Below, piece after piece: positions 26,759 through 64,000 of a stretch of DNA of 64,000 nt; within the stretch, counting starts at the first letter, position 1, and each line of letters begins with the position of its first letter. The DNA lies in NCBI GenBank assembly GCA_951406725.2, contig OX597825.1:80662001-80726000 (forward strand). The letters run 5' to 3'. Below the pieces are notes generated by a model that ran no database searches, was not told the origin of the DNA, and saw nothing but the letters and a program-made list of their open reading frames with translations. Both the position numbers and the translations under genes were made by a program. Origin of the DNA: Octopus vulgaris (taxonomy: Eukaryota).

Positions 26759-27158
26759 GTATATTTCGCGTATAAGACAGTCGTTAAATCCTAAAATTTA
26801 CCCTAACAATTTGGGGTCGTCTTATGCCATCATTCTAAAAATCATGGAGTTTCATCCATATTTCCAATATGAGACCATTGAAACGGATACCTTTTTCTCA
26901 GATGGATGATGAACTGGTGGAAACTGTTTACTTTGTGATCGAGATCTCTCGGGAGTTTTGGGGCGATTATGATTTTCTCCCTTATTACCAGATTTTTTTT
27001 CTGTTTTATAAAACAATTGCACCAGCCTATTGTTGCTTTAAAATCTTTACTTTATTCTTTATAGAATTTAACCCAATTTAGGGCATAAAATTTTATTTTG
27101 TTTCGTGTTACATTGTAGCCATCTTGTCTCTGCCGGAGAACCGGTTCCGTTACATTAT

Positions 27159-27494
27159 TTTCCAACTTCTGCCAACGCATTGCACATTTCCAACTTCTGC
27201 CAACGCATTGCACATTTCCAACTTCTGCCAACGCATTGCACATTTCCAACTTCTGCCAACGCGTTGCACATTTCCAACTTCTGCCAACGCGTTGCACATT
27301 TCCAACTTCTGCCAACGCGTTGCACATTTCCAACTTCTGCCAACGCGTTGCACATTTCCAACTTCTGCCAACGCGTTGCACATTTCTAACTTCTGCCAAC
27401 GCGTTGCACATTTCCAACTTCTGCCAACGCGTTGCACATTTCCAACTTCTGCCAACGCGTTGCACATTTCCAACTTCTGCCAACGCGTTGCACA
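27159..27494. repeat. 28-bp minisatellite, 12 copies
   Basis: TTTCCAACTTCTGCCAACGCRTTGCACA head to tail. Confidence 0.95.
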
Positions 27495-27582
27495 TTTTTG
27501 TTTAGGTATTTAACTTAAATTTTCCTCCTCCTTTCTCCACTCTCGTACCATCTTCTCGGTGACTGAAACAAGTAAAACAATA

Positions 27583-27616
<34 letters not shown>

Positions 27617-27761
27617 GTATGTATATATATGTATATATATATATATATATACATACATCATTATTAGGTTGACTGCAAGAACGCCTGTTATTAACTTGTA
27701 AACTATTTGTGGTATGACATCAGACTATTTGCCTGAAAGTAGGGCACTATCTTTCGGTACA

Positions 27762-27875
27762 CCTATGACTGTGTGGTTTAGAATATCGCTTTCCAACCAC
27801 GTGGTTTCTGGTTCAGTTCCACCACGTGGTACCTTGGGCAAATGTCTTCTACAATAATTCTAGCCTGTTGTACAC

Positions 27876-27906
<31 letters not shown>

Positions 27907-27936
27907 TGTATGTATGTATGTATGTATGTATGTGTA

Positions 27937-27989
<53 letters not shown>

Positions 27990-28155
27990 TCTCACATCGC
28001 TTAGTAGCCGGTTTGGTTGGTTTGCGTCCCCGTAATGTAGCGAATAGAATAAGTTATCAGACTCGAAACAAGAACTGAAATCAATTTGTTCGGGTAAACC
28101 CTTCAAAGTAGTACCCCAGCATGGCCAAAGTCCAATGACTGAAACCAGTAAAAGA
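27762..28155 (+). mobile_element. SINE family B (diverged)
   Basis: tRNA head ctgtgtggtttag..ggttcagttcc; tail cagcatggcc..aatgactgaaaccagtaaaaga. Confidence 0.7.
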
Positions 28156-28681
28156 TCTATAGAAATGTGGTTGAGTGCACAGACACACACACACACGCAC
28201 ACAAAGAATATGAGGGGCTTAGAACGCTGGTAATTATGTTTAGCCCCTTGTGGGCAATAAAGAAATCTATATATATATACGCAGCCTGTGTGGAGCCCAT
28301 TCTTCTACCTTTCCTTTTGCTTGTTTCAGTCAGTAGGTTGCATCCATGTTGAATTATTGGTCTTTGCTAGCAACGAAGACCAACCATTCACTGTATCTAA
28401 ATGCAATGATAGCTGGTGTGGCACATGCCAATTCATACATTCCGGTCTATATATGAGCACAAAAACCGGAAAAAATACTCACAAACGCAAATATGAACTG
28501 CAAAAGCAGAAATTTGATTTACTGTATCAAATGCCCGAATTGTGAAGAACTATATGTGGGGCAGACTGGAAATGCACCTTCAGAACGTTCACGTGTGCAC
28601 CGACAGGCACCGACAGCAAATTAGAGACCCAGATGTCCGTCAGATACCTTTGAGTATGCTTGGAAAATATCTATAATAATA

Positions 28682-28906
28682 TATTTCACAAGGGGCTAAA
28701 CACAGAGGGGACAAACAAGGACAGACAAAGGGATTAAGTCGATTACATCGATCCCAGTGCGTAACTGGTACTTAATTTATCGACCCCGAAAGGATGAAAG
28801 GCAAAGTCGACCTCGGCGGAATTTGAACTCAGAACGTAGCGGCAGACGAAATACGGCTACGCATTTCGCCCTGCGCGCTAACGTTTCTGCCAGCTCCTCG
28901 CCGCCT
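28682..28906 (-). mobile_element. SINE family A with a 16-bp TSD
   Basis: AATATCTATAATAATA at 28666-28681 and 28907-28922. Confidence 0.9.
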
Positions 28907-28910
28907 AATA

Positions 28911-29362
28911 TCTATAATAATAAATGCTAAAACGAATTACTGTGTGTCAGTGTGTCACACTCTGACCCCCCCACTCTCTCATTATTCAATGACATTTCTT
29001 CTACTCCTCTTTGTGGGGGTGAGAGTAATAGTAGGCATAGAGAAGGTGAGGGCGGTAGTAGATTGACAGTTATGATAATAGGGTGACAGTAGTAGTATGA
29101 GCTGTAGTTGTGATAGAGGCGGTGACGACGGTGGTGATGGTGGTGGTGGTGGTAGCTGTGGCGGTCAAGCATGACGGTGACAGTAAGCAATGTGAAAGAC
29201 AGTGGTGGTGGTGGTGGAGGAGAAGGCGGCGAAGTCAAAGGTGTTGATGATGGTGGTGGTGCCAGAAGTCTGAATGGTGTGTGTGTGGCAGTTGTGGTGG
29301 CGATGGTGGTGGTGATGGTTGAAAACAATCAACAGAGAGAGAGATAGACAGATAGATAGATT

Positions 29363-29399
<37 letters not shown>

Positions 29400-29695
29400 G
29401 GAGAGAGAGAGAGAGAGAAAGAAAGAAAGAGGTTAGAAAGGAAAAAATTGCACTGACGCCTGAATGGGAGGACAAAAAATGTTGTTTATCACGCAGCTTT
29501 GCAACAAGTTCCAAATCGACAAACTATATCACTTTTGATGAAAATTGTTCATTGCTTGAAAAATATTGGTCAAGCTTAATAAAATTTAAATACGTGCTCA
29601 ATGCGTGAAGTGTCATTATTGGGCTGAAGGCCCAATGAAGAGCCCTCCACGGGAGCTAGCTTAAAAGCCCGTCGATAGGGCTGCTTTTAAGCTAG
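28911..29695 (+). mobile_element. Non-autonomous Helitron (second family)
   Basis: A|TCTATAATAATAAA 5' end; hairpin plus CTAG|T 3' end; removing it rejoins the PLE frame. Confidence 0.7.
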
Positions 29696-29830
29696 TTTAT
29701 ATTTCCAGTTCACAAACTGCACAGTCCAAGGGAAATCGAGAGAAAAGTCAGAGAAAAGAACTTTATTGATAAATTCCAACCCAAACTAAATAAACAATAA
29801 TACTAATACTTAAAGGTACTGCTGCTGCTG

Positions 29831-29922
<92 letters not shown>

Positions 29923-30611
29923 ACTAAAGGTTCTCACGATGACGATAGCAGGAAAATACTAGCTAAGTCAACAGAAAACGAGTAAAAAAAATCGTATTTA
30001 GGGTTTTATTACAGCATTCTATTACCACAGCCACTCCTACCACCACTTCCACCACCACCACCACAATCACCACCACCACTACAACCACCACCACCACCAC
30101 CACCACCACCACTACCACCATCACCACCATAATAAAGGTGAGGATAATGGTGATGATAATGGTGATGAAGATAATTGAAATGTAAAAATTCCTGAGAAAT
30201 GTTACAATATTTCTAAAAATAGCCAAACAAATATTGCTTTGGCCAGGGTCAAAATACAAGTCTCTTGACATGTTCAACAAACCATGACGCCTAAACCAAA
30301 CACCAATTAACTGAAGTAATTTAGTGAAGCCACACACTGATTGGTCAGAAAACAATTTGCAAAACTTAACATTCCGGAGTCTATACAAATGTATTTAAGG
30401 CACAAATTTTAGCCATTTCACTACAGTTGTAAATTGTCAAACATAACTGTCACCGCTACTCCATGAACCTGAATATTGCAGAGTTTAATGCATGAAAGCA
30501 GCAGTTCAATCAGAATAGACATTTAATATTCTACAATTTCATTATATTATATCACTTCATTATAAGACTGTAAATAAAAAGTGAAAATCAAAGTTGGAAT
30601 TCTTTTGAGTA

Positions 30612-30649
<38 letters not shown>

Positions 30650-30665
30650 CTGTAAATATAATTTG

Positions 30666-31170
30666 TGACAATTATTCAGTAGCCATGATAAATCTCCGAG
30701 TTTCGGATGTCGGGGCGGAAACCCACGCCAGCATCTCTTCAGTTATCGGGCTATCGGGAAAATGCTATGAAAATGACCGTTAAACAAAGGGAAATTACTG
30801 TGTGATTGACGGTTATTAAGACAAAAGAGCTATTAGAATGACTGCTAAGTAAGGGGAGGGAGTAAAGGTAAGGGAGTAAAAATGTTCATAGTAATCGCGT
30901 AAGCGCGCATGTCCATACATACACATGCACACCTGCACACCCACGTACATGCGCCTATATGTATATACTAATCCACCCTCACTTGAAACACACACATGCT
31001 CAACCACGCATTCGCCAGCGTGGGTTTCCGCCCCGACATCCGAAACTCGGAGTTTTATCATGGCCACCGAATAATTGTTACATATTATATTTACAGATAA
31101 ATTCCTCTATTTACATAATATCGAGGTCTCTTTCATTCTTTTGTTGTCTTGCCATTTCTATCAAAATATA
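30666..31170. mobile_element. PLE-type terminal repeat with a partial inverted duplication and a hammerhead motif
   Basis: 30666-30728 is inverted against 31017-31080; minus strand reads GATAA-CTGAAGA-GATG..CATC-cGAAACTCGGAG. Confidence 0.65.
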
Positions 31171-31175
31171 TATTT

Positions 31176-31548
31176 TGGAAGTACTCTGTCGGTTACGGCG
31201 ACGAGGGTTCCGGTTGATCCGAATCAACGGAACAGCCTGCTCGTGAAATTAACGAGCACTCCACAGACACGTGTACCCTTAACGTAGTTCTCGGGGATAT
31301 TCAGCGTGACACAGAGAGTGACAAGTCCGTCCCCTTGAAATACAGGTACAACAGAAACAGGAAGTAAGAGTGAGAGAAAGTTGTGGTGAAAGAGTACAGC
31401 AGGGATCACCACCATCCCCTGCCGGAGACTCGTGGAGCTTTTTAGATGTTTTCGCTCAATAAACGCTCACAACGCCCGGTCTGGGAATCGAAACCGCGAT
31501 CCTACGACCGCGAGTCCGCTGCCTTAACCACTGGGCCATTGCGCCTCC
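31176..31548 (-). mobile_element. tRNA-derived SINE family C
   Basis: Head GGAGGCGCAATGGCCCAGTGGTTA..GGTTTCGATTCCC (A/B boxes); four highly similar copies in the window. Confidence 0.9.
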
Positions 31549-32656
31549 TCCATTAGTGGACGGATGAGGGAAATGCGGACATAGGGGCAAAACGAAATTA
31601 AAAAGCAGAATAGGGTCTTAGGGCCAGACAGGAGATGAAAGTATGGTTAACGTCACGAGTAATATCCCAAAGTATTAGAAACAGGACAAGAGAGACACAG
31701 GCGTGGCTGTGTGGTAAGAAGCTTGATTCCAAACCACATGGTTCCGGGTTCAGTCTCACTAAATGAAGTCTTGTATATGTATGTATCTTTTTTTGTGTCG
31801 AATCATATTTAAAACTTTCGTACACTCTGGGACACGAGAAGACCGGTTCTCTGCGGAAATAGTCTCAGGAGAAAATCCTCCTCATTGGGTTGTTATGACT
31901 GACGTCATCGTATTGTAAGACAAATGCATTTCTGCGTCGTTACTCTTCAGCATTATAAGTGAATTCAATTGCTTTCCATTGGCAACTGGAATCATAGGTT
32001 AAAATAAATTGATCGGGAGTTCAATTCCTGCTTTCCATCGGTGACCAATTATTTAGAAAAAAAAACAAAACAAAAAAACACACAAGCAAAAACACTTTTC
32101 CTTAGATATTCCACCATAATTTGGAACAAGATCTTGTGGCTATCATACTTTTCTTCATGCAAAGGTAAAATGAAGTGAATCGACCTTAAGAGTGTATATT
32201 GGTTCCTTTAGGACCAAAGAACAAAGGCTACGTATAGTAGACTCTTCCACCAAGAAATAGAAAGAAAGTTTTTCCCATCATTCAGTTTCTACTGGCATCG
32301 ACAGTGGAATATGAGGTCGCTTGATTCCAATTAAGAATAGTAACCATAGAACAATCTCAAAAGTCCAAATTATATTCTGTTTGTCATACACGAAACCAAT
32401 ATGTTAAAAATAATGCAATCTTAATTTCTATTACTTAAATATGTGGCCAACGCCCTTTTAAAATTAAAATAACAATTGATTTCATTTTTAATTATTTTTT
32501 ATTTTTTATGAACATCTCCAAATAGTAGGGTAGTTATGACAACAGCGAAAGCTGTAACTTCGCTAACGAAGTCCAATAAGGCATTTCACCAACATTTGGA
32601 GTTATCTCTCTTTGTTGACTGCACTAGACAATAACGTTTGTTAACACCATATTGGG

Positions 32657-32662
32657 TTTATT
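32657..32662 (-). terminator. Candidate AATAAA polyadenylation signal of the SLC6 gene
   Basis: tttatt on the + strand about 335 nt after the stop, in an AT-rich 3' region; other candidates exist. Confidence 0.35.
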
Positions 32663-32993
32663 CCCTTATCACTGCATTTAATAATTCTGAAGATATTTCT
32701 CATATTAAAAACATTGGCAATAGTAAAAACCGTCAAACAATAGTGAAAATATTGAGAAAAAACCCATGAAAAATGAAATATAAAATACAATTAAAACGTA
32801 CATTATAAAGAATTATAAACACAGGAATTATTAACTTAAGATATGACATTTTAGCAAGATGTATTTTGTGTTTTCCAATTTCATTTCTTAGCTTCAAATT
32901 TCTTTTGGTAATTAATAACGAAAGCTCAGAAATAAAACCTAAAAAATAAATGTTGCAAATGGCAGCAGATTCTGAGATGACATTCGTAAAAAA

Positions 32994-60448
<27,455 letters not shown>

Positions 60449-61659
60449 CTGAAAAAGGAAACGAAGAAACAAATTATGAAACGAGACAAAAACAGTCTAT
60501 GAAAAATTTAGGTATTCATTCTTGCTGTTCTATTTGTGTTCTTCCTGCTCTGTTTGCGTAAATTTGGCTTAACTACGTTTTAGTCGGTCTATATGTATTC
60601 CGGTTATTGTTTCTGTGGTTGTATAAAAAAAAAAGTTGCAACTTTTGTTGAATTGGCACAATGGCTTTAACGCAAATTGATATCAGATTTCAAATTTTGG
60701 GGAAGAACTTGGCAACTATGACGGTGCCATGAGTTTGGTTATAACAGTTTAAATTTCATTGGGAATAGTGTTTCATGTTGAAAATGTTCTCTTGGAGCGT
60801 GTTCTATCGATGAATCAAGTTATAGTTTTAAAGGGATGTGAAAGGAAAAGTTACTATTGGCATGATTTGAACTCGTAATGTTAAGAGGTGAAACAAATAC
60901 GACAATTTTCTTTTTTCCCAACGCCCTAATTGTTCAGTCAATTCACAATAACATCCAATCAAAGATCATTTCAGGAGAACAGCAACATTTAATAAAAATT
61001 ATAATAGAACCTCTGGGATTTGATATACATGAATAGAGCAACCCTTGGGTTTTGTCTGTTGATAAAAATACACATCCACCACCACTACCACCACCACCAC
61101 CACCACCAACACTAACACCACCACCGATAAAAGGGATCGATAAAACAAGTACCAGTGAAGTACTGGGGTTGATATAAACGACTAACCCTATTCCCCAAAT
61201 TCCAGGCCATAGCAGCAAGGATTATATTGATGGTTACTGCTTGTTTCACAAGCGATGTGAATGTTCCAAATGACCAGCATTTAAACATGTTCGAATATTT
61301 AAGTGAAACAGAGAGGAAATATGGATGCTCTCTTCTTAGCAACAAAACTACAAGAGATCTTAGCCAACTACAAGAGATTACCGCATCTAGAGTTCGTCAA
61401 TCTGCTGAAGATCTCAGTTAGGTTGGCACGCTCTGTAGCATGGTGGTCTTTAACCAGTTGTCTGTCCTTTGTATCACGTGATACGCAGGACGTATATTTC
61501 CCTGATGTCCATGTATCATATAGGATACACATTTCCATATTTTTTCGACCAGTCAAGTAACAGGAGGCTTACGAAACGAAAGCTTTAGATTGAACAGAAC
61601 GTAGGAAATAAGGACTAGCTTTAAGTCAAGAAACAAGCTTTGATTTTTAAAACAAACTT

Positions 61660-61860
61660 ACAACAATGCTTTCGACGGGCAAAGGGTCAAGAGAGCCGTG
61701 CAAGGCATACATGGAGATGCGTCAGCAATATGAGAGTTTGCAATGAGTTCAGGGGGGAAATTTAAGGTGCAAACGGCTGTCCGTTAGGGGTCGATTCTCA
61801 GCCCCCTCCTGTTATAGTTCTCCGCACAATAACAAAAGAGTTTAAGACCGTAGAATCATA
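61660..61860 (+). mobile_element. RTE-like LINE RT remnant
   Basis: FKVQTAVR*GSILSPLL and ITKEFKT resemble RTE RT motif B. Confidence 0.55.
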
Positions 61861-61869
61861 TAATTGTTG

Positions 61870-63775
61870 AGGACCTGGTCCAGCCTCTCCTACACATCGT
61901 CTGAGCAACCTTCTTGACATTATCCTAAAACCACTATGTAGTCACATGCTCAGTTTCATTCGAGATGATATCGATTTCTTCTCATATCTGCCCAAATACA
62001 ACAGAATCCCATTCACTGTTAGTGAATATATACGAGCATTCCACATGATTTGGGACTTAATGCCAGAAAATATTGGGTCGAGAAACATAGAGAAGCGATC
62101 CTCAGTAGATTTACTGTAACCGTCATACTAGACGCGGTCAGCCTCATCCTCGAAAACAATACATTCCTTTACAATGGAAAAAAACTACCCCCAAATTCGA
62201 GGCACAGCTATGGGGACGTGATTTGCTCCGGTTTTCGTGAACTCAGTAGTGGGATACTTGGAACAATACCTATATAAAAAATTGAAGAGAACTACAACAT
62301 GACCTTTAAAAGACATATAGAGGATTTACGGAAGAGCTACCCCGATGATTGTTTCCTAATTTGGAACAAATCCCTAGAAAATCTGGAAGAATTCAGCACC
62401 GAACTCAATAATCTATTCCCTAGTCTAAACTTCACAAGAGAAATGATGGAAGCACTCCGTCGGTAACGACGACGAGGGTTCCGGTTGATCCGAATCAACG
62501 GAACAGCCTGCTCGTGAAATTAACGTGTAAGTGGCTGAGCACTCCACAGACACATGCACCCTTAACGTAGTTCTCGGGGATATTCAGCGTGACACAGAGA
62601 GTGACAAGGCCGGCCCCTTGAAATACAGGTACAACAGAAACAGGAAGTAAGAGTGAGAGAAAGTTGTGGTGAAAGAGTACAGCAGGGCTCACCACCATCC
62701 CCTGCCGGAGCCTCGTGGAGCTTTTAGGTGTTTTCGCTCAATAAACACTCACAACGCCCGGTCTGGGAATCGAAACCGCGATCCTATGACCGCGAGTCCG
62801 CTGCCCTAACCACTGGGCCATTGCGCCGAGCAACACACAATTACCATTTCTTGACATAATGGTAATTAAAAACAACACCACAATCATAACTGATATTTAT
62901 TACAAAAGCACAGACACACACCTGTACCTAAATTTCAAATCATGCCACCCAACACACACAAAACGCAACATCCCGTACTGTCTAGCCAGGAAAATTTGTA
63001 CTATAGTAGATAATCCAAATACCAAGAACGACATATAGAACTCAAAGGATTTCTGCTCAAGCAAGATTATCCTCTCATTCTTATAGAAAATTGAATACAA
63101 CAAGCAAAAGAGATTCCTATAGAATAATTTAGAGGAGCATGAAAAGATGAACCCATCAAAGGAACACAATACCATTTCTAGTAACACACAATCCGCATCA
63201 CTAGAACATTTTTAACATCATGAAAACAAATTTGCCAATCATAAAACAAAGGGAAAAATTCAAAAAGCATAATAACTAATCAAACACTTATCTTAACTTA
63301 AAGAAACTATTAACAAAGGCAAAATTCAATGTGAACCAACGGGATAAAACATTCACAGTAACCAAGTGTAATGATAACAGATGTGGAACGTGTCAATACA
63401 TGCATACAGGTGGATCCATTAGAACAAAAAATGGACAGATTTTCGCAAAAGCAGATATGAACCGCAAAAGTAGAAATTTGATCAACTGCATTAAATGCCC
63501 GAATCGCGAGGAATTGTATATAGGCGAGGCAGGGAATGCAATATCGGAACGCTCACGAGTCCACAGACAGCAAATCCAGAACACCAATGTTCGCCAAATT
63601 CCATTGAGCGAACATATAGAGATATGTAGTCAGAAAATGTTTCTAATTTTTCCTGTCCACAAACTACATAACACAAGTGAGGTTGGTAGAAAGATGAATG
63701 AAAGACGGTTTATTAAAATGTTCAAACTTGTTCTGAGTGGAAATAACTGCAATAATATAACAACCAGTTAATCAT
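61870..63775 (+). mobile_element. Degenerate Penelope-like element (RT plus GIY-YIG)
   Basis: LDIILKP, FIRDDIDFL, YTSIPHDLG, QIRGTAMGT, YPDDCFLIW, LPFLDI, YYKSTDTHLYL..SCHPTHTKRNIPY, CIKCPN.EELYIGEAG. Confidence 0.9.
62447..62827 (-). mobile_element. SINE family C inserted in the PLE RT
   Basis: Near-identical to the other family C copies. Confidence 0.9.
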
Positions 63776-64000
63776 GTGGATTAATAAATATAAACGAATT
63801 ACAGACTATCGGTACACCTGGCAAACTGTGATGTTTAAGGTGCGTGCGGATTGGTCAAAAAGGTATTTTAAAAATTCAGATGGTTGGAGCGTTCTAAGAA
63901 GTACTAATGTTGTCAATAACATTTGAAATCTGAGGAATACACTATTTATGAAAGCGCTAAATTTGCTAAAATACCATTGTAAAAAAACTTATATATCATT

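Larger units (their letters stand above)
28370..29800 (+). mobile_element. Penelope GIY-YIG fragment split by a Helitron and a SINE
   Basis: KCNDSWCGTC, MNCKSRNLIYCIKCPNCEELYVGQTG before 28669; IFPVHKL..ERKVREKNFIDKFQPKLN after 29696; homologous to 63331-63771. Confidence 0.8.

Noticed and set aside
27159-27494. Possible CRISPR array (28-bp partly palindromic repeats)
   Set aside because: Repeats are contiguous with no unique spacers, there are no cas genes, and the context is eukaryotic.
31470-31548. tRNA genes at SINE heads (also about 47900, 48700, 49560, 59830 and 62780)
   Set aside because: A/B boxes are present but there is no complete cloverleaf, and they are attached to repeated SINE bodies.

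Overview
AT-rich, microsatellite-dense animal genomic DNA. The SINE, Penelope and Helitron content points to a cephalopod, probably Octopus (inference). One intact host gene can be assembled by hand: a 14-coding-exon SLC6 Na+-dependent amino-acid transporter on the minus strand (32994-60448, about 632 aa, all GT-AG introns with consistent phases), closest in motifs to the invertebrate nutrient amino acid transporter (NAT) type. Everything else is mobile DNA and simple repeats: Penelope-like (PLE) RT/GIY-YIG remnants, non-autonomous Helitrons and a RepHel fragment, a degenerate mariner and its MITEs, CR1/jockey-, RTE-, R4/Dong- and L1/Tx1-like LINE fragments, and several tRNA-derived SINE families. 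The most striking hidden signal is a dense set of minimal type-I hammerhead ribozyme (HHR) motifs from several unrelated repeat families, mostly inside inverted-repeat insertions. They show C3-G8, U3-A8 and G3-C8 compensatory cores. They include a tRNA-headed, hammerhead-tailed SINE-like element inserted as a head-to-head dimer with a 13-bp target-site duplication (TSD), and a 365-bp retrozyme-like unit. Most entries in the ORF track are microsatellite artefacts. All coordinates were read by eye.
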